In this document: positions 49,452 through 63,593 of the stretch, one piece after another
Position numbering within the stretch: position 1 is the first letter of the stretch
Layout of the letters: the number at the start of each line of letters is the position of its first letter
Source of the DNA: Tubulanus polymorphus
Lineage: Eukaryota; Animalia; Nemertea
Assembly (NCBI RefSeq): GCF_964204645.1
Contig: NC_134027.1
Span: forward strand, 16,586,485 to 16,650,484
Direction: 5' to 3'
Length of the DNA: 64,000 nucleotides
Program-made: the position numbers and the translations under genes
The notes under the pieces: generated by a model
The model's database searches: none
What the model was told of the DNA's origin: nothing
The model's input: only the letters and a program-made list of their open reading frames with translations

Positions 49452-50215
49452 ATGGCAGTAGCTGGACTACGTAAACCGAACTCGCCATCGTTCAAAGGGA
49501 ACATCGCTGAAAACTGGATAGTGTTCGAGCATGAGTACGACATTTTTGTTTAGCGCTGAATATAGAGACAAGCCAGAGTCTGTCGAAAATACGGTGTCTC
49601 CCAAGTACACTAGATAAATCATCAACAGTGACATTGATGGGTTTAGGAGGACATCCTACAAAATCTGTTAGAACAGCTAGATTAAGCTGCACGCGCCGGA
49701 ACCAAAAATTAACGTTAGACTTCCATGTTGTGGATAAAGACGTTCAAACACTACTTGGTCTAACTGACTGTTTGCGTTTGGATGTATTAGTACTATGTCC
49801 AGAAGTACTGGAAGTACAAAGTATGCCTGAGTTACCTGGTGTATTAAAAGACTACCTGCAGTTATTCGATGGGAAACTAAGCAAGATACCTGTCCAATAT
49901 CGTATAACACTGGGCCCAAGCGTACCTCCTGTTGTGCATCCAGTGCGAAATGTTCCACATGCAATCAGGGATAAACTCAAGGCCAAGTTAGATTCGATGG
50001 TTGCACAAGGTATCATAGCGGAGCTAACAGAACCAACCGATTGGGTATCAATATTGGTAGTGACGACTAAGAAAGACACGGACGAGCTAAGGGTTTATAT
50101 CGACCCTGGTGATTTGAATCATGCAATAAAGAGGCCACACTATCCAATGAAAACAATCGAACAGGTGGTAGCTAATATGTCCAATGCTAAGTATTTTACA
50201 GTGTTAGACCAATGA
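49452..50215 (+). mobile_element. Gypsy/Ty3 gag-pol fragment (internally deleted)
   Basis: Gag start MAVAGLRKP...FKGNIAENWIVFEHEY. Protease end FHVVD...LLGLTDC. RT start PPVVHPVRNVPHAIRDKLK...GII..TEPTDWVS...ELRVYIDP..LN.AIKRPHYPM...KYFTVLD. Confidence 0.88.
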
Positions 50216-51271
50216 AACCCCTTATATCCGGCCTTCCAACATATTGGTGGAAAAGTGGGTAAATGAGTGGAGAAATGTAGTTGTTCTATTGCCTTGAAAT
50301 CTTTACTACTTACTGGTAAAGTAAGGATATATGGCATACAATTTCAGTTGAAATTTAATAGATAAGTGCATCCTGGGAGAAAGAGCAGTTTATCTGAAAC
50401 TTTTTCGTGAATTTTTTTCTTGATGGCCATCTTGGAGCATGTGACCTTGACCTCAAATTCACTTATATCCAAATTATTTATGTCTATTCGTTGGCCCAAA
50501 AGTTATCAACAACATGCTATATAATTTTTCTGTGTCAGATACCTTGGTAACTATTCTATGAATATACTCCTATAAACCCCTAAATTCCACCCCCCCTCCG
50601 GTACAGCAGCGGAGACACTATGTGGTATTGAAAGGGTTGAACTGTAGCGACACCGCAAGAGATTTGTCGAGCCTGCCGCGGCACATATACATCTTTCATG
50701 GGACAGTCAACTTAAGAAATCTTGCATGAAAAGTCAATTTCTAACAATCTGTCTCGAGGTTGTCGCATAAATATGTAGGAATTTTGGGTTAGGGATTAAT
50801 TCAACAGATGATGATTCCTAGCGATATTCTTGTTCGCTGTATGAACTCACTAATTTTATCTTTGAGTGAGATTAATTCATAACACATTACGATAGGCAAT
50901 TACAGACACACAGAGAAATATTGGCACTTATATCCAAAGTGAATATTATTATTAGAATATTATCAAAGTTAGCAAAGATTTTATAGAATACAGGTTCACT
51001 TCCATGAATTTAGCAGTATCTAAAAATAGTATTTCTTTTCACTAAATAAGTAAAACTGTTGTTTTTCAAACAGCAAAATTTGACATTTGGAAGTTCCATT
51101 TTGACTCATAATTATATGTGACTGAAGCGATTTCGTCAAGTTTCATGAGGTTTTCATATTAGTTTTATGAAAGTTATGCTTGCACGGTATCAGGAAATGC
51201 TTACAGTCGACTTTTGGATTACAGTAACAGCAGAAACGAGTATCTCAGGGATGATAACAGGCCATCATTAA

Positions 51272-52193
51272 AGGGGTCATGAAGAGGTTTTGAAAAAAAT
51301 TTTAAATCTAATTCTTTTTTGTATAAAACATGCACCGTATGCATCGATAGTAGTCTCGTGAAAAATTTCGTTAAAAACGGCCCTAGCAACAGGACGCTCA
51401 CATTTGCCCGGTGATGTTGATGACGACATTCTGAGAGCCTTTTATTCTGCAAAGTGACGCTATTTCTGCGAACTGCAATTCAATACCTAGTAAGACTAAA
51501 GAGATACTTGCTTTCCACTGCATATAGTACTGGCTTTCTCCAGTGACCAACATCGCTGTAGTATGTACAACATACTGACTGTGTGTATGCAGCACACATT
51601 ACTATTACACGGCCGGGATGGCACAGGCTGTGCTGGGATTCACGAACAAGTTTACGGTTTCAGGACGCTTTTATGGTCCAGTACTGGATAAAAATATCTC
51701 TACCCACAGATATATCTGCGAGGTCTATATCAGTCATCCCCTCCGCGTGGTATTTACAAAGAGGGAATGACCTAAATGATGATGAATGCTCGCTGCTACA
51801 AGACGTAGAAATATGCTGTACTATAATCACAAATTGCTTTGTTCTGAGGCACAAGGTCCAAATTTAATGGAATGATTTTGACTGTCTATTAATAACAACC
51901 GTTGGCTTCCTAAACTTCAGACGTTCGATTGGAATCTGATGTATTTGAGTCACTATTTTGTACTTTAATCGCTGTTTGTTTCTATACACTACACCACGTT
52001 GTTTTGGTTTGGGTTCTCAGAATGACGTCACACTTCCAGGTTGGGAAAGAATCAGCGCGGTCAATCAAAAGTCTCGTTTTAACAATAATTGAAGAATTAG
52101 AAATTAATTTCTTGACCACTAAATCAATAAATAAGTTATAATTGATGATAAAAATACTTTTAGCCATATCTCAAAAACCTCTTCATGACCCCT
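51272..52193. mobile_element. Kolobok-like non-autonomous element
   Basis: TTAA|AGGGGTCATGAAGAGGTTTT ... AAAACCTCTTCATGACCCCT|TTAA. Confidence 0.8.
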
Positions 52194-52689
52194 TTAAAAA
52201 GGCGGAAAATTTTAAATATAATAACTTAGAAATAACAAACGCCGTAGTGGGTGTGAAGTAATTGGCAGCGCCAGCTGCCGGCTACGAGCGCGAAGACGCA
52301 AAGTAATGACTGGGGCAGGGCCCCAGAAAATCGTGATTTTTCACATCGTCTCAGATCGTTTTTCAGCAGTTTTCACATTGAAATTTCACTCAGAAAATCA
52401 AACAACATCATCTATGTTTTACCGTCACCACGGTGCTAGTTCCAAGGCAAGTCGAGATGCTCATCACCTATTCATTTGCATAAGAAAACAATGTAGGCGG
52501 CGCAAAAGGGGTTTTTCAGTACTACGCGAGCAACACTCAGTGAACTAGAATGAGGCAAGCCTCGAATGCCCCCGGCCTGAAATTCACTGCCACGTGAAGT
52601 TACAGGGTTTGTGGTAAATGCGTAAGAAATATCATGGCCACAATAATCTCTATAAGAATGACATTAAAGAACATGTGTACAAAGTGTAA

Positions 52690-53302
52690 AATATTGATCA
52701 ACAGTTGCAGCCTCTAGGCTGTTTTTCCCTGATGGCCATTATTTGAATCGGTCAACAATGTGGTCTCTAGCCTGTTAACGTTGTTTTTCAGGTCGGCCCC
52801 CCGGTAGCCATAATTTGGATCAAATTGACCCAATTTTAGATAGGGTTCTGGCCCAAGTGTGATCCTACTTGTGTACATAGTTTGAAAACAATCGGTCAAC
52901 AATTGCGGCCTCTAGGCTGTTAACGTCATTTTTCATGTCGGCCTCCTGGTGGCCATAATTTAAATCGAATCGACCCAATTCTAAATAGAGTTCTACCCCA
53001 AGTGATATCCTACTTGTGCACCAAGTTCTAAAACAATCGGTCAACAATTGCGGCCTCTAGGCTGTAAACGTCGTTTTTCATGTCGGCCCCTGGTGGCCAT
53101 AATTTAAATCGAATCAACCCAATTTTAAATAGGGTTCTAGCCCAAGTGATATCCTACTTATGTACCAAATTTGAAAACAATCGGTCAACAATTACTGCCT
53201 CTAGACTGTTAACGTCACTTGCGGCAGCGGCGGCGGCGGCGTATACAGACAGGGGTAAATCTATATGCCCCTTTCAACTAAAGTTGAGCCTGGGGCATAA
53301 AA
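52690..53302 (+). repeat. HINE-type element end with 145-bp tandem repeats (family 2)
   Basis: Units at ~145-bp period (for example 52901 and 53046), a (GCG)n microsatellite, and a terminal hairpin TATGCCCC...GGGGCATA followed by an A-run. Confidence 0.75.
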
Positions 53303-54044
53303 ATCAATAATGTAGACTAGAGTTATAATACCCGTGGAAACCACAGGTTATTTCCTTTGGCCCAGAACTTGGCCCAAAACTGTTCAATTTATTCGCAATG
53401 GAATTAAGTCGGGCCATTTAAAATCTATGTGTCCATGCCCGTGGAGACCCTATGAGCTTTGATGACCTGTACCCATTATTTGCTTATAGGTAAGAGACAT
53501 GGAGACAGGAACTATCAGAGGTAAACAAAATATGTACGGAGCTACGCGGGACTCGAACTCCTGACCCGTCAAGTGCAATATGTACGGAGCTACGCGGAAC
53601 TCGAACTCCTGACCCATCAGGTGCAAAGCCATTGTGACTGCACAGTGATACTGTGCTGTAGAATTGTTTTGATGCAGTAAGAGTCTATTATTAGAATTCC
53701 TGCTTACTGATTGGTTGAAATTTTGTCTGCGTCCGTTTGGCCCCCCTTTAAATATTTTCACACCCGCTTATACCCGTTGCATTAGTTTATACGATCATTG
53801 AATACCACACAAAAAAAAACTTCGTTAGTATACACATGCCGCTAACGAAAATGATCAAATTTGAAAATAGATCAGGAAACACTTTTATGGTCATACCAAT
53901 CCTTAACATGCTGGTAAACCAGTCATCATCCTCACCACCCCCCATTTTCTCAACAGATTTGCATCGATCTGAGAAATGACAAAAATATGGTCATATAATG
54001 CGGCTCTAAGGAACAGGCGCACCCTTAACCTATTAAGGCATGAC

Positions 54045-54305
54045 CAGGGTGGCCACTTATATGGGATTTTGTTTTTCCCTGAATTTTCCCTGAACATTTA
54101 CCAAATTTCCATGACCAATGTTGTTTCAACTACGGTATATTTTATTTCAAATTTTTTGACAGCTATGAAAAAGGCATGCTTATTTGACGTGCATTAAAAC
54201 AGTTTTCCCTGACTTTTCCATTATTTTGACCTTTTCATGAAATTCCCTGACTTTTTAGGTGAAAATTCCCTGATTTTCCTTAATTCATTATGAGTGGCCA
54301 CCCTG
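54045..54305. mobile_element. Short hAT-like MITE
   Basis: CAGGGTGGCCACT ... AGTGGCCACCCTG TIRs, a 5-bp TSD-like ATGAC/ATCAC, and internal TTCCCTGA repeats. Confidence 0.75.
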
Positions 54306-55026
54306 ATCACTGTTCCTTGTGGTTTAGATCAAGGAGCATACTTTATATTATATACTTTAAACTAGAGTATAAAATATTACTTTAAAATTGAGAGAAAGTG
54401 GGTACTTTTCAAATGTCTGCACTAGTATTATTCCACAATTAAAGTTTATAATAGGTAAGTTACTTAATGTTAAGGAGACATCAGCTGGTAAGTGAAATGG
54501 TTGCAGGGATAGAGTAAATCATATTCTGTTTCAATTAATACAAAATGCATAGGCTAAACTAAGCATTAAGAGTAAATTAAAAGTTATTAAAATAGTATTT
54601 CACTAATAGGAACTAAAGGGATGGCCATCTTGTGCCAATAGATCCTATTTCTCTTCTTATGCTGATGCGCTATGTATACAAACATATGTGATCAAGATAA
54701 TTGATAAAAGTGTCATCGAAATTTACCTTTAAAACTATAAAAACATGTAAAAAGTGCTAATTTCAGCTAACAAAAAGGCCCTCTTGATTTTGACTGGGCC
54801 ATTCTATTGGGCTGAAGAAGTTTATAGGGTAGATTCATATATCACCCAAATAACAAGCCATTCCAATAAAGTGTCTACAAAAATGGATTCTGTCAAATGG
54901 ATGGATGAATGGACGAAAAGTAAATGCAATTGCCTATTGCGACTTAAGTCCCAAGTGAGCTCACAAGCAGGATTGCACGCCATATTCATATTGATTGAGT
55001 AATTAAAGCACTCTACAGAACTATAC

Positions 55027-55182
55027 CTGCTGATCTGGCATTGAAAATCGATTCCTTCATGAAGGGATTCGATAAATGAGTGCGCCTCATGCATTTTCGA
55101 GAGTATATGTTTACAGTTTTCTGCAGCATTGAGCAATTTGTATCGTGCCCTGTTACTGTTCTTTATTTCAATTCCCCACTTT
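55027..55182 (-). CDS. HSPA14: HSPA14 (Hsp70L1) internal exon, nucleotide-binding domain
   Basis: Boundaries are ttttacag|A AAG TGG ... AGC AG|gtatag. Encodes KWGIEIKNSNRARYKLLNAAENCKHILSKMHEAHSFIESLHEGIDFQCQISR, which fits the Hsp70 'A(E)xxKxxLS...SLxEGxDF...ISR' segment. Length 156 nt, phase 2/2. Confidence 0.9.
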
Positions 55183-55394
55183 CTGTAAAATAAAATGGAA
55201 AAATAAGTGCACAAGAAGTCAATTTGCCTATAGAGACTTCATTGAGAAAAGGAGGACTTCCAGAGCAATGAGGAAATGAACAATAAACGATCCACGTTTA
55301 TTTCCCCAGAATATCTATAACTACAGGTTTCCTTGACAGATTCTCAAATTCTCTTGAATACAAAGGCAGAGATGTAAGTGGCAAAAGCAAAAAA

Positions 55395-56500
55395 AAACAA
55401 GGCAATTCGATACTATGTATCTATGTCCCCTGCGATAGCCAGCCAGTAGGGAATGAATGACCCCTGAAGACACTGATCTTTGGTATAGAAAAATGATGAG
55501 TGTATCCAGGGATAACCATACTATGAAATATCATTTTCCAGCAATGAATGGTTATTTAAGAATTGAGTTAACAGGGTATGTCTACCAACCTTGACCTTTG
55601 ACCCTAGAACTCCAAAATCACTAATGCACATCCTCCTCCCAGGGGTAATCATACTATGAAATAGCATTGTTCCGTTATCAATGGTTCTTCTTGAATCGTG
55701 TTAACAAGGTTTCATATGAATGATATCTAGTGACCTTGACCTTTTCCCCCAAAACCAATAGGGCACATCCTCTCCCTAGGGGTAATCATGCAATATAATA
55801 TCATTGTATTGCTATCAACAGTTCTTTCTGAATCACATTCACGACACAAGGTTTCACGTGAATGACCTGAAGTGACCTTGACCTTTGATCCTTGGAGGGG
55901 TAATCATACGTAATATCATGGTCCTGCTATCAACGGTTCTTCTTGAATGACGTTCACGAGGTTTCACATGAATGACCTGTAGTGACCTTGAACTTTGGTC
56001 CTTGGACCCCAAAATCAATAGGGCACATCCTCTCCCTAGGGGTAACTATACTACGTAATCTTATGGTACTGCTATTGACGGTTCTTCTAGAATCATGTTC
56101 ACAAGCTTTCACATGAATGACCTGTAGTGACCTTGACCTTTGGTCCTAGGACCCCAAAATCAATAGGGCACATCCTCTCCCTAGGGGTTATCATACTACG
56201 TAATATCATGGTCCTGCTATCGACGGTTCTTCTTGAATCACGATCACAAGGTTTTACATGAATGACCTGTAGTGACCTTGACCTTTGGTCCTAGGACCCC
56301 AAAATCAATAGGGCACATCCTCTCCCTAGGGGTAACTATACTACGTAATTATATGGTACTGCTATCGACGGTTCTTCTTGAATCATGTTCACTAGCTTTC
56401 ACATGAATGACCTGTAGTTACCTTGACCTTTGGTCCTAGGACCCCAAAATCAATAGGGCACATCCTCTCCGGACGGAGGCGGATACCAAGTCCCCCGCTC
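55395..56500 (+). repeat. HINE-type element with 145-bp tandem array (family 3)
   Basis: Starts AAACAAGG in an A-run. ATGAATGACCTGTAGTGACCTTGACCTTTGG...GGGCACATCCTCTCCCTAGGGG recurs at ~55968, 56113, 56258 and 56403. Confidence 0.8.
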
Positions 56501-57324
56501 GCGGCCTACGCCCTTCAACCTTTCTAGTATCTAGAAGAACGTACAATTACACATGTATTCATTTTAAAAGCTTTCCCTTGCGTGCTGTGAGTTTTGGTTT
56601 AAATATGTCCAGAAAACTATAAGGGCTCTGAGAAGCATGACACAAAATTTTATATTGCCAATTTTTTGTATTAAGCATTACAATCCAGGAAGCCAATTAA
56701 AAAGTTCCAAAATTCTCATTTTAGGCCTACCAGCTCATTTTCTTCCTGATCAATGTGGCAATATTTTCCTATAGGTTTAGATTTTGTTCAATGCTCTATC
56801 CAATCATTCCAGTAGTTTCAAACGGCATCTTGAATGAAACTATAATTATTGACTATAACTTTTATCATACAGGGGTCCCCAACAATTTTTGAGGTCTCTG
56901 AAAAATTTCAAGCTCAAACATTCCGAACTGAATATTTTCTGAAAATAGATCGAAATTTAGGTTAAGAAACAGAAAATAACAAAAGTTTATTGGCAATCAG
57001 CTGTTTTTAAAACGGTAAATTTCCATTCTAGAAGATCTAAAAACCTTTTGAGTATGTGGAGCTAAGTGGACACCTTCCACTCCTTTGCTTACCCAGATAC
57101 CGTAACATATAGTATAGTACATGAATATACATTATTGTTATGGTTTTACGTCAAGAAACGGCCATAGAATTAGATTTTACCAGACCTCGACTAAATTATA
57201 TAATATTTAAAGGTAAGGTAAGTATCCATCGACGAAGTATGTAACGGAATTAAAAGAGGAGCACACTTACTTATAGTTGCCCCAGAAATAGTTCAAATGG
57301 ATATTCACGACAATAAAGCGTTCC

Positions 57325-58301
57325 CAGACCTGCCAACATTGCATTTTTCAAGATAGTAACATTTTTCAAATTTGCCAGTATTTTTTAGATTTTGCCAGTG
57401 ACCCACTAGACTTGATGTGACCTTTGCCAGTAACATTTTCAATATGGCCAGTAACGAATTTTCGGATTAAATCAGAATATAGAATATTAAAACTACTAAA
57501 GAAATTAATTTTTAAAAATGCATTTATTATGAAATTAAACTTGAAACTGCAGTTTCCATAAAATATAAACAATTTTGAGACATCAGACACACCCCATCAC
57601 CTACTCGCACTATCACAGGTAAACAATCTACCATCAATTAAAGATTATAATTACCAGTTAACTCAACTAGAAAACAAAATAACGATTTGACATATCGTAC
57701 ATCTTGCATGATATTTACTTAATTTCGATGCTATGAAACATGGATATTGTGCGCTGTACGATTTTTTATACTTCTGTTTCCGATATTTCTTAATCATACG
57801 TTTTCTACTGCCTGTTACCTCAGTATCAGTTTCAGATTCCGACTCCGAAGAAGACGGAGAACCCTCCGAATTTTCCAGATTTGACAGAACGTCGTGAACT
57901 TCGTCCGCCATTTGCAACATTCATGACAATTTGAGCGATGAAAATTACTCGTTGTAACCGAAAATTCGCTAGACTGGTTCCCGGTATTACTCGTTGTAAC
58001 CGAAAATTCGCTAGACTGGTTCCCGGCTGTATGGAAACTTCGTGACAATTACTCAAATAAAAACGAAATTTCCCCGTAATAAATGTTTATAAACCATTAA
58101 AATACCGATTATGTACTGAAAAATTACCTTTATTGACATAATATAAGGAGATTTTTATTGAAGCCGTATTTATTTGCTCATTCGCGTAACATCGGAACGA
58201 TATCGGTAAAAGCGTATTCCATTGCCTGTGCCAGTAACGCCGTATTACCGCGGGTAGCACCGGAACGGAATACGGCAAAAACGTAACGGTTGGCAGGTGT
58301 G
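57325..58301 (-). mobile_element. Internally deleted hAT-like element with 6-bp TSD
   Basis: TIRs CAGACCTGCCAAC / GTTGGCAGGTGTG and TSD CGTTCC; the empty site is at ~46031. It retains a 5' transposase-like ORF at 57663-57920 (acidic tract, KYRKQKYKKSY..YP...ARCTIC). Confidence 0.8.
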
Positions 58302-58612
58302 CGTTCCTAATAAAGCTTATTCCAATTAAAAACTTCTTTCTTAGGAGCAGACACTGTCTCTATAGAATGGCTAGGAGAGCGCAGTAGTGCAGCGTGTGTG
58401 TATACACGTGAATACAGAGTATACACTTTGTCATGCACTGCAGTGTGCATGTACATACATTAGATGGATTACAGCGGATTTTAACGTGTATGCGCTGCTA
58501 CGCAAAGAGTGCCAATATACTGCAAAAACATTGTCAAACACACTAATTATGTAAATAACAAATGTTAAAGCGCACACAACTGTGTGGAACCAATTAACTC
58601 TTCATTTCAACA

Positions 58613-59864
58613 ACTAGGGGTCCAGGGACGCCATGCCCACTTGGGAAGTGGTTCCAAATGCTCAACAATCTAACAATTTCAATATTCAACGCCCCCTACG
58701 TGACCATATACAAAAACCAATGACCTTGAAACTCACCACAATCATAGAACATGTCAGCAGCTACGATTTTGTAATTGATTGTGATAACAAAATATGCCTC
58801 GTTACCAATTTAATATGGAAATACTAAGTTATTCTACTATTCAACGCCCCCTGGTGACCATATTCAAAACCCAATGACCTTGAAACTCACCACAATCATA
58901 GAACATGTCACGAACTATAACTTTGTAATTGATCATGGTAACAAAATATGCCTAGGTACCAATATAATAAGGAAATACTAAGTTATTCTACTATTCAATG
59001 CCCCCTGGTGACTATATAGAATAACTAATGGCCTTAAAACTTGCCACAATCATAGATGATGTCATGAGCTACAACTTTGCAATTGATTGTGGTTACAAAA
59101 TATGCATTGATACGAATATAATATAGAAATACTAAGATATTGTATTATTCAACGCCGTCTGGTGGCCATATACAAAAACCAATGACCTTGAAACTCACCA
59201 CAATCATTGAAAACGTTATGAGCTACAAGTTTCTAATTGATTGTGGTAACAAAATAAGCTTAGGTATCAATATAATGTGGAAAAACTTTTTCCCACCTAC
59301 AAATGAGTACTGATGACACCAAGAAGGCCGCCAATTGCGTCATAATTGATCAAAAATACCTGTCTCACATATGAAACATCCCTTTTAAAAAAATACCCAT
59401 CACAAATTGCAATGAGAAATGGCAAAACAGTAGGGAGCTACAGGACTCAGAATTCGGGCCAAAATTGACATTTTTGGGCACTAAAAAAGGTCATAGGACG
59501 GCTATCTTGAGTCGGATCGACCCAATTTTTGTTATGCTGATGGGCCCTGGGGGGATTCACATATATCCGAAAGATCAAGGTAATTGATCAAAGCATCTTC
59601 AAAATTTCCCTCAAAAAGTTCAAAACGTGTAAAAAGTGCTGATTTTGGCGAACAACAATGGCTGCCAGTCAACCATCTTGATCCTCACAGGGCCAGTTTT
59701 TGGGCTGAAGATGGGCCTAGGGTAGATACATGTACGAACCAAATATCAAGATATTATCTTGAAGTGTTTTCAAAACTTCCCAAAATAACTGGATTCTGTC
59801 AACGGGCGGACAGACGAAAAGTGAGCGCAATAGCCCGCGGGGACTAAAGTCCCAAGTGGGCTAA
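58613..59864 (+). mobile_element. HINE copy (family 1), full length
   Basis: Collinear with 2691-3960. It is inserted in the A-run of TTTCAACA|AAAAT with no TSD (empty site ~46353-46372). Partial copies lie at ~1-175, 17300-17490, 45370-45430, 54620-54960 and 60870-61130. Confidence 0.85.
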
Positions 59865-61679
59865 AAATTATGCCTAATATTTGTCGACTGCCTCTCTCCA
59901 AAAAAACGGCGTTGTCACCGCTCGGGCTGGCGCCATTGTCTATTACATTTTCAAAGGTAGTCAAAGTGACAAGACAAAGCCAAGCTAGGACTTCAGAAAT
60001 TGCCACACATGTACTTACTAAGTTTGAGATACTAAATTAGATGGCCAACTCTATTATAATCCTCACAAACGAACAAACTATAAGCGAACTAAGCACGGCA
60101 CGAATGTCAAATGCGTTGCTCTGCATTTTTGATTTTGCGACTGTCCCATAATTACGTCCTAGTTGCCAAAATTCCCGGAAATTTGAGAATTTTCCGTATT
60201 CACATCGGATACACAAATATAGGTCAACACGAGTAACTTATAGAAAGCGAAGAATTTTAGATGTTTTTCACGTTTTTCCAGAAAAATATTGCATCATCCA
60301 TTTGAAGCTTACCGGCCTGACCTCCGCGCATCAGTTCTACTTGCTTCACGATAAAAGACAACCCCGTAAGTATTACCACTAAAATTTGTACCGCGATTTG
60401 ACATACTCTTGGCAGACTGTCAACCAACAGCCATAACATGGGTAAACAAACTAGAATGTCGCTGAAGACGACAGATGCCCCCACATCAGGTGAAATGCCT
60501 GAGTGCAAAATATACACCCTGAGTGTATGTCGACCTATTCATGAAGGCAGGAAATGAAAAAGAAAAATACAAAACGGCTTCTGGTGACCTTGACCTTTGA
60601 CTTACAGGACTAAAAATCTAATCAGTCACTCAACCTCTCGAGTATACCCCATCCAAAAAATGTCACAGAATTATCTTAAACCGTCTATGAGATAAAGCCA
60701 GGAAATGTAAAAAATACATAACAGTTTCTAGTAACCTTGACCTTTGACCAACAGGACCCAAAATCTTAGTCCCTAGGATAATCCATCCATAGAATTTCAA
60801 TAAGTTATCTACAAGCGATTATGAGTTAGAGCCTGGATATGAAATTCACAAAATGGCTTCCTGCAACCTTGATCAAAGCGTCTTCTCAATTACCCTTGAA
60901 AACTTGTGTAAAAAGTGCTAATTTTGGCAAACAACAATGGCTGCCAGTCAACCATCTTGAATCTGACAGGGCCAGTTTTTGGGCTGAAGATGTGTCTAGG
61001 GTAGATACACGTGTAACCCAAAAATAAATACATTACATTGAAACATCTATTCTGTCTACAGATGAACCTACAGACGGACGAAAAGTGAACGCAATAGCCC
61101 ACTGGGACTGAAGTCCCAAGTGGGCTAAATAGGAGGGCAAGTGATAATGAAAAAAATGGAATGGTAGTGCAATTATTATACAAAATAAACATTTACAGTG
61201 TCGTCAGTTTAGAGGTTCCGAGTCACACAATTCATGATGTTATTCTAACAATTTTCTTGGCAAGTGATTTATATCTATGCATTAGGGTATGTATTGACGG
61301 TGATGTGCGAATAAGATTTGGGATACTCTGCCAAAGTAAGGGTAATTTTCAAAGGAAAGAATTATTATTTATGAGTGCTTTATGAGTAGCCCTAAGAGAG
61401 ATTTACACGCAAATTTAAGCATTTTTAAGTTTCAAAGCGTTGGATTTCGACGGTTAAAAATGCTTTATAAAAAAACATGCTCAAATAAATCACATTTTTT
61501 ACCCTTTTTGGTAAATCTCTCAACAAATATGAAACCCACGACTTTAAACTTTGCGCACCATAATGAAAAACAAATTATGAAATATAATAACGTTTTATAA
61601 TAACGTTTGAGTGTGCTAAATATAGCTTTGAGCGTATTCCATAGTATGATAATTTACTGAGAAGGATACTAATGTCTAG

Positions 61680-61830
61680 CAAATTGAATGCTTTTGGTCT
61701 AAATAAATTCCTATAGTAAGATGTTTTTCATCCATTGCCTTGAGAAAGTTTGCTGAGAAATCCATATGAGCTATATATGTTGAATGACCTTTTCTTAATC
61801 CGTATTGATTATCATAAATTAAGTCAAATT
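61680..61830 (-). mobile_element. CR1/L2-clade LINE reverse transcriptase fragment
   Basis: LIYDNQYGLRKGHSTYIAHMDF...AMDEKHLTIGIYLD matches the QxGFRxxHST...xxIFLD motif. Confidence 0.75.
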
Positions 61831-63593
61831 TAGTATGATATTCTGAGGAGGCCAAAGGGAGCATCTCGAAATTTCAATATTTGTGTCAATAAGAATAACT
61901 GTCTAATTCTTTCTTACCCCCAACCCCTTTGATAAGACACATGCCAAACTTGGAACTATTGATTTTCTAATCAGAGACCACAGAAAAAGATAAGCAAAAT
62001 AAAATAGCAAAATAACAACTGAACAAGAGCCCCAAGAGGCACTATGGCCAGCCTGTCAGCTTTTCATACAAGATGACTTCAAAGTCCTGAGGTTCGAAGA
62101 GCTAAAGTCAGATGTATAAATTATAGATAACATAAAAGAAAGGCAAATTATGGAAAACAAATTAATATTCCATTAGAGATGTTTGCTTACAAAAATTCAA
62201 TTTGTTTTCCGTTTGCATTGCGCACATGGTAATGTTATTGTTTACATCTGATGTCACGGATAAATTGAGGCGATATCCGATGCTAAGTACCTTACTTAAA
62301 ATGTTTATTTGGTGTAAACCGGATCACAAATATTTCTAATATTTTGTTCATAACTTTTGAAGTGGAGGCCGGTGTCAGCATCAACGCGTGTAAGGCTGTA
62401 CGTGTGGGTAATATTGTCGCCTACAACAGGCGCAGCATTGATGGTGTATTTATGCGCAAGTAGATGCAATGATTTGTTTTTCCCGCTAAATCAGCTTTCA
62501 TCACCCATGATTTTTAAAAACGATATTATTCTGAGTATTTAAATATTCATCATGATAATTCTAATATTCTTAAGACAAGCCAATTACGTCTGTGGACCTA
62601 TTTCATTGAGGCGTATCACCCAATCTGAAAAAAAATCTTCCGATCCTGTCACGTGACTTCATGACTGCAACTTGACGATAGCTTAGGTTCTCTTTCTTCG
62701 AAACAAAAATGGCAAATGATGCATTCTGTGGGTAATATTTGTCAAAATACGCTCCCAGCTCAGATTCAATAATAGATTACACAATACAATCGTGTTTTTA
62801 TAGGTAGCACAGACAACACAGAGAGTAGTGGTAGACTGGAGCTGGCAGGAACAAATACGTCAGATAAATCTTTTCCCTTGGTCTCAGGCGCGTTGGAAGC
62901 AATTTTTGAATGCCGCGGAAAATTTACTTCAATTTCGTCAAAAACACAGTAGAGAAAAAAACGCCACTGGGTCTTATTGATTTGAATGCAGAATAGAATT
63001 GAATTTTCGGAAATTTGATTGAATTTGTAGTTTGAGCACATGGTTAATTAGCATATCAAGGTCCATCATCCGATTTGAGCAAAAGCTATATTTCTCGGAC
63101 TTTAGATAATTGTCAATGATATTTTCTGTAGTGCAAATAAAAATATTCCTCCAAAAAACTAAATCAACTAATGATTTCACAGAAATCGAATAGAATTTTA
63201 GATCTTAAAATTAGATTTAGATCTTAAAATAAAACCCGGAAGTAAAAGGGTAGACGATACAACGGGCTCCTGTGAACACTTGCTGATCGCAGCTAAGCCA
63301 ATTATAGAGGAGTCTTTGCTTTCTGGTTCAAGTTTTTTACGCTGCGACTACCCTAGAAATTCAATTATTTTCGGCCATTGTTGCGCTTTTCGATAATTTG
63401 AAGCCATATAGTTCAAAAACTATCAGTCCTATGGCTTAGCAGCTAAATGAAAGTTCGTGGACAATATTATGAACTTTCATATCATACCAGGTTTGAGTAT
63501 TTTAGTTACATAGCATTGGTCAGTTTTTGTCAGATTCATCAGACGCGGACCAGGACTTGGCCTTGAGAAGGGTTTGATTTTCGTTGTCTATAT

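Noticed and set aside
53530-53620. tRNA-like B-box (GTTCGAGTCC, minus strand) in a ~48-bp duplication
   Set aside because: No cloverleaf or clear A-box is visible. At most it is a SINE remnant, so it is not called as a tRNA.
55900-56470. Regularly spaced repeats as a possible CRISPR array (also 2760-3300 and 52800-53200)
   Set aside because: Whole 145-155 bp units repeat with no unique spacers, there are no cas genes, and the context is a eukaryotic intron.
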